Virus record (IMG/VR): IMGVR_UViG_3300045988_149572
Strand: one strand, 5' to 3'
Length of the DNA: 64,000 nt
From: a virus
Positions 37,931-45,973 of this stretch are shown here, piece after piece. The position numbers and the translations under genes are program-made. The stretch's first letter is position 1, and each line of letters opens with the position of its first letter. The notes under the pieces were generated by a model, which saw only the letters and a list, made by a program, of their open reading frames with translations, was not told the origin of the DNA and did not search any database.

Positions 37931-38527
37931 TTAAATAAAATCGTAAATGGCAATATCGCCTTGTGGGTTCTGTCTGTTCTTCTTGTTGCGCCTCCAAGCA
38001 TAGGCGAACGGCATAATCTTCTCGTACCACCGTGCGTCCTCCATCATGGAGCCTACATACTGGGTAAGGTTCGGCTTGTAGTCAAACTCCACAATCTGCG
38101 CCCAGTCGCCCTTGCGGTTGCCACCGAAGAGGCGTATTATGTTGTCTTTACTCCACTCTTGGCAGAGCTCCTTGAAGTAGAAAACGTTGTGGTTTTGCTT
38201 GTCTGGGTCTTCGAGAATCAGACGGACAAAGGCAGGTTGATTGTCGCGAATTATCAGTCTGTACAACTTCACCAAGACATCAGAAGGCCCGACCTTGTGT
38301 GAGCATTCGTAGAGTCCGTGGGCAAAGTAGGGTTCGCCCTTTTTGGTGAAGCGGATGCGCAAGTCGAAGCATCGTGCGCCATCGTGCCACTGTTCCTCGA
38401 TTGTCTTGCGCTGACACCGAGCAAACGGAATCATAAACCATCCATACCAATGTTCAGGTGGTAAAAACGTCATTGAATTGTGTGTGCCGATTATCGGCGT
38501 TCCTTGTTTCTGTTCCATTTTCTTCAA
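37931..38527 (-). CDS. PI-PLC X-domain-like phosphodiesterase
   Basis: GTHNS (His16), CFDLRIR (Arg57) and FAHG (His70). The His-Arg-His spacing (41 and 13 residues) is close to that of bacterial PI-PLC catalytic residues. Confidence 0.5.
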   Translation of the reverse strand: MKKMEQKQGTPIIGTHNSMTFLPPEHWYGWFMIPFARCQRKTIEEQWHDGARCFDLRIRFTKKGEPYFAHGLYECSHKVGPSDVLVKLYRLIIRDNQPAFVRLILEDPDKQNHNVFYFKELCQEWSKDNIIRLFGGNRKGDWAQIVEFDYKPNLTQYVGSMMEDARWYEKIMPFAYAWRRNKKNRQNPQGDIAIYDFI

Positions 38528-38940
38528 TCAATTTTTAATTCAAAAAGTAATTCCTCTCGCCGAGCAACTGACGGACGCGCCTGCATTATAACCATCTCTA
38601 TGTCTTCTCCTATCAAGAAATATAAGTGTTGTCGCTCTGTACCGCCATTCAGCAACAAAACTCTTCCGCCTGTCGCTTTTGCCAACTCGCACAAGAGAAG
38701 CAGATATTTCGGCTTGACGATTGCGTCGGCAATCTTAACCACGCCTGTTCGTTCAGTAAGACTGTCTCCGCCACATATTGGACATACTCCTGAAATCTGA
38801 TAATCTTTTCCAAGTCTATCAGTGTATGTACACCAGACCTTTCCAACACCTCCACACTCTTCGCAAACGGTCAAAAGGTCTCCCCAATAGGTGTAGTTTT
38901 TGCTCTTCAGTTTTTCTTGTAATTGCTCGATGTCCACCAA
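38524..38940 (-). CDS. zinc-ribbon protein
   Basis: CEECGGVG ... CPICGG (two CxxC pairs). 138 aa. Confidence 0.5.
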   Translation of the reverse strand: MVDIEQLQEKLKSKNYTYWGDLLTVCEECGGVGKVWCTYTDRLGKDYQISGVCPICGGDSLTERTGVVKIADAIVKPKYLLLLCELAKATGGRVLLLNGGTERQHLYFLIGEDIEMVIMQARPSVARREELLFELKID

Positions 38941-39346
38941 GCAATTGCAAGTCTTAGAGGGAAAACAATGATCAATATCAATTTGCTTAGTTAGTGGCGA
39001 GTAGCCGCCGTTGTTTCCTTGCTTCTTAACTCATCAAAGAATATCCGTCCGTTGCGACAATACATTCGTTGTAGACAAACGGCTTCTTGAAACATTCGGG
39101 AAATCCAGGAGCTTCGCCTGCGAGCTTCGTCAACACGCTCTTAATCTCTTTTTTCATATTTCCATTCTCCTTAATACTCTTTAAAGAATTGAACCAAATC
39201 GGGGCAATTAGCCGCGATGTAAGACAATAAAATTTTGCGATTAAACTCTGATAAATTTTCAAATACATATTTAGCAAAAACCATTTGTTCTGTTGATGTC
39301 AGACTGCCAAACGCATCCTCTATATTTATCTCAACTTTTGCCAATA

Positions 39347-39559
39347 TCATAGATTCATTCTCCTTATCTCGTTAATTTTATTAACAACTTCGCCGACTGA
39401 ATTGTCGATTGAAAACTTGTGGATAAGCGTGCAGCCATTGGCGATGTACAACGATCCGTCAATAAGTCTGACGGACAGGCTCGCGCACACTTCTTCGTTT
39501 CTTTTCTGCGCCCTCCGCCTCTGCTGGCGGAGGAGCCACATTCTGTATTGCTTTATCAT
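39347..39559 (-). CDS. hypothetical small protein
   Basis: 70 aa from the internal start MIKQYRM. Confidence 0.35.
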   Translation of the reverse strand: MIKQYRMWLLRQQRRRAQKRNEEVCASLSVRLIDGSLYIANGCTLIHKFSIDNSVGEVVNKINEIRRMNL

Positions 39560-39570
39560 TGCTTTAGTTT

Positions 39571-40155
39571 TTACAAGAAAACCTTGTTGTAAAGGTCTAC
39601 GAATTGTTTTCCGAATTGCGCGGCACGTATACGTGTCTTGAAACAAAGCCGAGAACCGAAATTCGCAGACGCATGCGTAGGCGTGTTACCCGTATTCGCG
39701 TACACAAACCCCGCAGCATCCTCGTCATATTCGAACCAAGGAAACCACTTGTCTTGTTCTCTATCCGAAAAATTTGGAACAAAGCCATCTTCCTTATTCC
39801 ATGCCTGTGCGATGGTGAACAGTTTGTTCAATGCGATCAACGCTTCAATGTGCTTGGGATTGATGTCACTAACGAACTTAGGAACGTGTTCAGAGAGGTT
39901 GTAACATGTATTGGGTTTTAGTCCAAGAGCTTTCATTGCTCTTTTAAAGTCTGTGATTACTTCGTCCACTTGCGGGCATTCAACCTCTTCAAGAGTGAAA
40001 TCAAACGGCGACAAATGATTGTCAACGTCCCAATTTTCGTTGTGGTAGCTGAGGTATCTCATCAACTCTCTTCCAGCTTCTTCACGTGATTCGTGGACGG
40101 CTTGCATAACAGTCTGTTCGCTTCCATCCGCGTTTTTGATAATGTACTTTCTCAT
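39571..40155 (-). CDS. hypothetical protein
   Basis: 194-aa ORF. Confidence 0.55.
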   Translation of the reverse strand: MRKYIIKNADGSEQTVMQAVHESREEAGRELMRYLSYHNENWDVDNHLSPFDFTLEEVECPQVDEVITDFKRAMKALGLKPNTCYNLSEHVPKFVSDINPKHIEALIALNKLFTIAQAWNKEDGFVPNFSDREQDKWFPWFEYDEDAAGFVYANTGNTPTHASANFGSRLCFKTRIRAAQFGKQFVDLYNKVFL

Positions 40156-40158
40156 TGC

Positions 40159-40362
40159 TTATTGATTTAGAAATTCTAAAAGTTCTTCCGCTTGGCTGAG
40201 GGCGAAATCTGAGTCGGAGCCTTCGTCGTATTCCTTGACAGTCACCCAGCCGTACCATTTTCTCACCTGCACCGCATAAGTCGTGATGCTTGACTGCACG
40301 ATCGGCAGTCGGCCGCTGTGCGTGAAGCACGCATAGATTCTCGGTCGTATTCTGTACCTCAT
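40159..40362 (-). CDS. hypothetical small protein
   Basis: 67-aa ORF, coupled to its neighbours. Confidence 0.4.
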   Translation of the reverse strand: MRYRIRPRIYACFTHSGRLPIVQSSITTYAVQVRKWYGWVTVKEYDEGSDSDFALSQAEELLEFLNQ

Positions 40363-40673
40363 TCCTCACCTCCTTTCGGTTTTTTGCGCGCTTCAGCGTC
40401 AGCGGATATAACTGCATTTATCTTGTCACGCTCTTTTGCTGCAATATGGTTGTGAGCATAGAGGCGAGCAGCCACATATATGTTGTGACCGAGTCCTTTG
40501 TCTTTGAGCATCATCAAATAGATGAGACGCGCTATAGCGTATGATGTCCCCGCAGCATGAGCCCACATCTCGTCCTCTTTATTATTTGCCAAGATTACCA
40601 CTGCTGTACGATTCTTCTTGTCTTCATTAAGCCAATATTTACTACAGTTGATGATTTTTTCTGCTTCTTTCAT
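40359..40673 (-). CDS. hypothetical protein
   Basis: 104-aa ORF. Confidence 0.45.
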   Translation of the reverse strand: MKEAEKIINCSKYWLNEDKKNRTAVVILANNKEDEMWAHAAGTSYAIARLIYLMMLKDKGLGHNIYVAARLYAHNHIAAKERDKINAVISADAEARKKPKGGEE

Positions 40674-40708
40674 TGTCTTTTAAATTTTTTATTAGAGTTA
40701 AATAAACT

Positions 40709-40927
40709 TTATTCCTCGCCTCCTTTCTTCAGTTCAGCGATTAGAGCGTCAGCGATCATGACTGCATCTTTTACTCCACGTTCGAGACCCTTGCCGTAAT
40801 ATTCAAGAATCGTGTGCGGTAATATATCCTTTGCTATCTCATATCTGCGCTGCTCCCAGTCTGGAGTGCGCAATGTCTTGGCGATACTCACCACCGCCTC
40901 CGCTTGTCTTTGTTCTAAAACATTCAT
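40709..40927 (-). CDS. hypothetical small protein
   Basis: 72-aa ORF. Confidence 0.4.
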   Translation of the reverse strand: MNVLEQRQAEAVVSIAKTLRTPDWEQRRYEIAKDILPHTILEYYGKGLERGVKDAVMIADALIAELKKGGEE

Positions 40928-41363
40928 TGTCTTTTAGTTTTGTTAGATTATGTCAAAAATGTCCAGTTGTCTTGGTTCTGTCACTCGTCCGGAGGGGAAG
41001 AACAATTGCTCGAAGATATGTTCCATACAGGCGACCACAATTGAGTTGCCTGCGAGCTTGTATTGCTGGGACTCCGAGATGTACATCGGCTTCCCGTTCT
41101 TTCTGTGACCCTTGACGTAGTTTTTGATCTTGTTGTAGTCCTCATCTGAGACATCCATCAGGCGGAAACACTCGCGCGGAGTAAGTCTGCGGATGCGATA
41201 TGGAAACGTGTCACCGTAGACGTTGTTAGGTCTGGCGGACGTGAGGGTTGACCCCACGGATTCGGCGAACTCGGTCTGTAGTTCTGCGACACCGCTTTTC
41301 GCTTTGTCCTGCCTATAAGGGCGCAGGTTGTTGTCCTTGTCCACCGACACTCCACAAGGCTGA

Positions 41364-41422
41364 CGGCGAACCTCCTCCGCTACTCGGCGAACCTCCTCCG
41401 CTACTCGGCGAACCTCCTCCGC
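41364..41422. repeat. 21-bp tandem repeat, 2.8 copies, in frame (AEEVRRV x3)
   Basis: cggcgaacctcctccgctact repeated at 41364, 41385 and 41406 (last copy partial). Confidence 0.9.
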
Positions 41423-42221
41423 CTTCGGCTCCAAGACTGCGTTTTCCTCACCCGTGAGGAGAGTGCCGATGATGTCGCCCTTGTTGCCCTGTACTCTCCC
41501 TCGGCGAGTACGGGATGACGGCTGAGAGATGTTGACCGCACCGTACTCCTCCACCTCCGCAAAGCCTTCCCTTGTGTTGGCTTTGATGCGCAAAGGTTCA
41601 AGCAGCATATTGTCTTTCTGCACGCTTGTTATAGTGTTGGACACACCGTCTGTTCTTGGTTCCATCTGTTGCATATATTTCCTTTGTATGTTAATTCTGT
41701 GATTCTCATAATCCTTTCTCAGAAGTTTGGCTTCTTCGGTGCGCTTGGGAGTCAATACATTAGGCTCCCTTCCTCTACTCGCCACCACGAACGGCTCGGC
41801 GATAGAGACGGTCTCTCCGTGGTTGTTCATATCAACAATCGGCTTTGGCTCCAACACATATTGAGCAGTGTTGCCCCTTGTCCCCGTGCTGCAATGGATG
41901 GTGTTCGCTACCTCTTTCGTGTGGTAGTTCTCAATCTTTCCTTTCTTGTCGCGTGAGTAACTCACAATCTTAGGTTCTTCTTTCATCTCGATTATTTTAG
42001 GGATAAGCCCTCCCCCCGACGGGGTGGTGATGGCAGGAGAGACACCATCCGTTATGTACATTCTATATGCCCGATGAAGACCGCTCTCCACGGTCATCAC
42101 TCTGTCCGTCTTCTTCATTGCTTGAATCTTCACTAACGAAATACATACAATTGGCATTCACCCTCGCCTTGATGGTTCCGGCTATGTCGTTGACGCATTG
42201 GTTGTATGTGTCTATCCATAG

Positions 42222-42234
42222 CCCCCCCCCCCCC
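42222..42234. repeat. homopolymer C13 (G13 on the coding strand)
   Basis: Counted directly. Lies inside the broken part of the methyltransferase gene. Confidence 0.95.
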
Positions 42235-42331
42235 TATCAATTTTCGGGAGCATCCGCTGAAGCCGCTTGCCCCCTGTCGCTTGTTTCTTCATTTCTCAGT
42301 CTGTTTTGATCGTAATCTTCCACGATGACCA

Positions 42332-42341
42332 CCCCCCCCCC
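42332..42341. repeat. homopolymer C10 (G10 on the coding strand)
   Basis: Counted directly. TRD-like reading switches frame exactly here. Confidence 0.95.
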
Positions 42342-42628
42342 TATATCCGTGGTTGCGGAGGCATCGTGCCACCCCGTTGCAGGATATGATGTCCTCGCTT
42401 CTATATCCCGTCTTCTCGATCACTATGACCTTGTCTGTTTCCATTTTCCTCGTCTGCTATAGTTACTATACTTCCGTGGTTCAGCATCACCGTCGGAGAG
42501 ATTCCGTCAGTACCGATGACGATACCGCTTATCTGACTCTTCGGGTAAAGCCTTCCGACACGGTTTATTGTTCTTGGATGTAATTGTCGTCGTTCCTCAT
42601 CACGCCTGCTTGGATTGTCTTCGCTATA

Positions 42629-42637
42629 CCCCCCCCC
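42629..42637. repeat. homopolymer C9 (G9 on the coding strand)
   Basis: Counted directly. Encodes GGG in ...EYTEGGGIAKTIQ. Confidence 0.95.
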
Positions 42638-43382
42638 TCGGTGTACTCAAACTTGTGGTTGGTGGTGGTTTCGGCGTTCCATTTCAGCCGCCCCAATATC
42701 ACGTCAGTCTTAAGATAGTATCTATCCTCGACACTCTCACCGTCGTGGTATGTAACAAGTACGTCACGGAGCCGTCTTTCCAACGGGAACGGCTGAGGAA
42801 AATCATACTTGATGCCGCTCGGGAACAACTGTGGGAACTTGGCGGACGCATCCTTGCGGATGCTTAACGCGAACACCCTCACACGGTTCTGCGGAACACC
42901 GAAATCTTTAGCGTTTATCTTCTTCCAGTATGTCTTGTAGCCTTGCTCGTCAAGGTAGTCAATCCATCGCTGGAAGTCGGGCATAAACTTCTTGGAAGCC
43001 AACGCCGCCACGTTCTCGAGTAAAAGGAATGACGGACGCTTCGTCTCTATCGCCCTCCTACACTCCCATAGCAATGATGAGCGCGAACCACTGCCTTCCT
43101 GCAAGCCTCGCTGAAGTCCGGCATTGCTGATGTCCTGACAAGGGAAGCTGTAGGTGAACAAGTCGAAGTCAGACACTCGCTCCCAATCGACCTTGCTTAT
43201 GTCACCGTGGTTGCATTCGGCATATTCGGGGAACACGGCATTGTGGGCGGCTATTGCGTCATTGTCAATCTCGCTCCATCCGACAAGCTGGAAATCCGCA
43301 CCGCCAGCGTGGCGCCGTGCGACTCGGCGCAGAGCCATCATCTGCGAGCCGTAGCCGGCGAAAGCCTCGAACACTCTGATTC

Positions 43383-43874
43383 TCATATCAATCCGTTATT
43401 TGTGCTTCCGAAGCCGCCTTTTCCGCGCTCGGTAGCTTGGTTGAACAACTCTTCCTCATCCACGACCTCGACACCCTCATAGCTCACGGGGGTAAGCACG
43501 AACTGCGCCACCTTCATTCCTGGATGAATTACTTCTACGCATCTGCCGACATTGATGAGATGTATGTATATCTCGCCTTGATAGTCCTCGTCGACAACGC
43601 ACGCTCCGACAACGAGCGTTCCTTTGGGGGCGTTTGCCTTTGGCGTCAGACCAGCGCGCCGCATAGCGTCTGTGGATGTCGCCACGCTGGAGCGGTTCAT
43701 CGCAATCAGCGCGTAGCCGTGCGGCACTTCCGCCCTTATACCGCTCGGCACGAGGATGTCAGTCCCCGATGTCAGCCGAGCCGTGAAGCCTTTCGGCACG
43801 TAGAAGTCCAGCCCTGCCGAGCATTCAGTCCCTCTTGTGGGGGTCTTCACCTCCCTAATCTTCGTTATCTTCAT
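43383..43874 (-). CDS. dut: dUTP diphosphatase
   Basis: AGLDFYVP, NRSSVA, VVDEDYQGEI and RGKGGFGSTN are the dUTPase motifs, in order. Confidence 0.9.
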   Translation of the reverse strand: MKITKIREVKTPTRGTECSAGLDFYVPKGFTARLTSGTDILVPSGIRAEVPHGYALIAMNRSSVATSTDAMRRAGLTPKANAPKGTLVVGACVVDEDYQGEIYIHLINVGRCVEVIHPGMKVAQFVLTPVSYEGVEVVDEEELFNQATERGKGGFGSTNNGLI

Positions 43875-44023
43875 CTGTTTCTGACGATTTTAATTGTTCT
43901 TGGATCTATTCTGACAATTCGCCCTCCCTCGTCACGCTTGCGCAGGACAGGAAGCAACTCAAGAGCCTTGCGGCGGCTCAATCTCAAGTCAGCCTTTGAG
44001 TTCTCTATAACGTCGTAGTTCAT
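43871..44023 (-). CDS. hypothetical small protein (50 aa)
   Basis: Below the ORF-track cutoff. Its stop forms an ATGA overlap with the dut start, and its start lies 2 nt downstream of the upstream gene's stop. Confidence 0.35.
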   Translation of the reverse strand: MNYDVIENSKADLRLSRRKALELLPVLRKRDEGGRIVRIDPRTIKIVRNR

Positions 44024-44025
44024 AA

Positions 44026-44304
44026 TCAGTACAGTTTATTGAGTTCGTAAGCCTTTATCACTCTTCTCACATCCCTCTGCGTCATTAGGTAAATATTAGC
44101 AATGACACTGACGGGGGTGGAAAGCATATACGCCTTGTAGACATCCTTGTGAAGAGGGAATCGGATGTCAAGCACCTCCACAATCATTTTCTGTTTGGGG
44201 GAGTAGTGAGCTATGGCGTCGCGAAAAAAATAGTCCACCGCCTCACTCTTGGCCTTGAAAGCCATTGCCTCTTCCTCCGGAGTGTAGTAGTTTTCGTTCC
44301 TCAT
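44026..44304 (-). CDS. hypothetical protein
   Basis: 92-aa ORF. Confidence 0.45.
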   Translation of the reverse strand: MRNENYYTPEEEAMAFKAKSEAVDYFFRDAIAHYSPKQKMIVEVLDIRFPLHKDVYKAYMLSTPVSVIANIYLMTQRDVRRVIKAYELNKLY

Positions 44305-44615
44305 ACCGCAGCAGTAATTTCGCCTGACGCTGAAGGTTGATTAAGCGAAGGTTGTTCTTGTCGTGGGGAATCTCCACGACCGCCCTCGCACACCGCATCA
44401 GCAGTCTGTAGTTGTTTGTTGAGATAGTCTTCATACGCTCTTGCCTGTCCTTGCAGGTCGTTGATGGTGTGCAGGCATCGGATGATGTCGTTGAGTTCCC
44501 CTTCATCGAGATGCGCCCAGTCGTTGGCTATCGGTCTGAGAGCCGCTTCCGCCACAAGCAGCGCAGTGAGGAACCTGCTGTTCACACGTTTGTCTTTTTG
44601 AATCTGTTCTTTCAT
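44301..44615 (-). CDS. hypothetical protein
   Basis: 104-aa ORF. Confidence 0.45.
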   Translation of the reverse strand: MKEQIQKDKRVNSRFLTALLVAEAALRPIANDWAHLDEGELNDIIRCLHTINDLQGQARAYEDYLNKQLQTADAVCEGGRGDSPRQEQPSLNQPSASGEITAAV

Positions 44616-44623
44616 TTTTTCAG

Positions 44624-45973
44624 TTAAAATGGTAGTTGTTCCCGATTTGCCGTCACCATCGTAGCCGTTGGCATATCGGCAAGGTCGGAGAATCTTGTGT
44701 ATTGCTTCTCGTAGGCAGCAATGAATGATGTCGTACCCGTGTTTCTGCCTTTAGCGACGATGATCTCCGCTGTGCCGTGGGTGCTGACGTTGGCGAACCT
44801 GTCCTTGTAGGCAAGGTTCTTACCCTCCGTCTTGTAGTACTCGGGGCGGTAGACGAATATCACGTTGTCGGCATTCGACTCAATCTCACCGGAGCCACGC
44901 AGACGGGCGAGGGAAGGGTAGGGATTCATGCGGTCACGGCTGAGTTGGGAGAGCAGAATGATGCTCACGTCAATCTCACCGGCGAGCCGCTTCAGCGTGG
45001 CGCAGATGTCGCCTATCTCCTGCACACGGTTGTCAATCTTGCCCATAGAGATGAGCTGGAGGTAGTCGATGACAAAGAGTTTCGCCTTCTTGCGGTAGGC
45101 AAGCTGACGTATCCAGGCGCATATCTTCGCCACGCTCTGTGCCTTTCTGTTGAACCACATAGGCAGCGTTCCCGTCCTCTCCACTGCGGCGCCCACGCGG
45201 TTGTAATCGTCCGCTCCGAGCCGCTTGTAGAGGATGTCCGAGGAAGACACCTGCGCATCGCCCGACACCATACGTGCCGCAAGCTGCATCACCGACATCT
45301 CCAGCGTCACCACCCCCACACCGACACCCGCGGTGGCGGCATTGAGGGCGAACGTCAACGCAAGGGAAGTCTTGCCCATAGATGTCTCGCCGGCGATAAT
45401 TGTCAGGTCTGTTGTGTGCAGTCCTCCGCGCTCGTCTATCCCTTTAAGCCCCACGGGGATTTCCGGAGCGTTGTGCATCCGTGACTGATTGTCGAACACG
45501 TTGCGCATCACCTCGTTGCAAGCATCCTCAGCCGTCACCATCTCCGTGGTGTTCGACACAAGGCAGTTGGCAATCTCCGTGTTGAGCCGCTGGAGGGTTG
45601 TCTCCGAAGGTTCGAGCGGTTGCATAAGTAACTGCTGAGCCTCCATAATCGCGGCAAGCGTGCGCCTCCTCACAAGCAAGTCTGTCAACAGTTCGTCCGT
45701 CCCGATGGCGGAAGTCACGGGACGAGCACACTGCTCGGAGAATGCGAGGAATGCCGCCTTGTCCACCGTTATCAGCCGTGCCGTCACCGCCATCATATCG
45801 GCATCGCCTCCGTTGTTGCGGATGTACAGCATCGCCTCCCATATCGTGCGGTTCTCCGGAACGGTGAACACCTCGGGGTCAAGGACATCGGCAAGGCGGT
45901 AGAACTCACCGCTGTTGGTGACGCAGGCACTAAGCAGATTGGCTTCCGCTTCCGGATTGCACAGGCTGTTCAT
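44624..45973 (-). CDS. dnaB: replicative DNA helicase, DnaB family
   Basis: Walker A GETSMGKTSLAL, VIDYLQLI, LSQLSRD and an N-terminal DnaB-type helical domain. Confidence 0.9.
   Translation of the reverse strand: MNSLCNPEAEANLLSACVTNSGEFYRLADVLDPEVFTVPENRTIWEAMLYIRNNGGDADMMAVTARLITVDKAAFLAFSEQCARPVTSAIGTDELLTDLLVRRRTLAAIMEAQQLLMQPLEPSETTLQRLNTEIANCLVSNTTEMVTAEDACNEVMRNVFDNQSRMHNAPEIPVGLKGIDERGGLHTTDLTIIAGETSMGKTSLALTFALNAATAGVGVGVVTLEMSVMQLAARMVSGDAQVSSSDILYKRLGADDYNRVGAAVERTGTLPMWFNRKAQSVAKICAWIRQLAYRKKAKLFVIDYLQLISMGKIDNRVQEIGDICATLKRLAGEIDVSIILLSQLSRDRMNPYPSLARLRGSGEIESNADNVIFVYRPEYYKTEGKNLAYKDRFANVSTHGTAEIIVAKGRNTGTTSFIAAYEKQYTRFSDLADMPTATMVTANREQLPF

Larger units (their letters stand above)
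40943..43386 (-). pseudogene. DNA (cytosine-5)-methyltransferase with oversized multi-TRD variable region; reading frame interrupted between about 42100 and 42570
   Basis: N-terminal ORF (42565-43386) carries FAGYGS (motif I), FPCQDIS (IV), ENV (VI) and QNRVRVF (VIII). C-terminal ORF (40943-42157) carries RRLTPRECFRLM (IX) and AGNSIVV (X). The 0.4 kb between them still encodes TRD-like peptides, but in shifting frames. Confidence 0.75.

Noticed and set aside
39026-39277. 83-aa ORF whose C-terminus (CIVATDGYSLMS) echoes the clamp-like motif of the giant protein (ASDGYILF).
   Set aside because: The match is only ~8 residues and the ORF ends right after it. It could be a gene remnant, but I cannot support either a CDS call or a homology claim.
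42234-42239. In-frame TGA TAG in the methyltransferase as evidence of stop-codon reassignment, as seen in some recoded gut phages.
   Set aside because: The giant ORFs (8.7 kb and 3.8 kb) and all other genes are intact under the standard code and terminate at all three stop codons. The stops sit in a region with several independent frame shifts.
44777-45484. 235-aa plus-strand ORF.
   Set aside because: It is antisense to the DnaB helicase gene.
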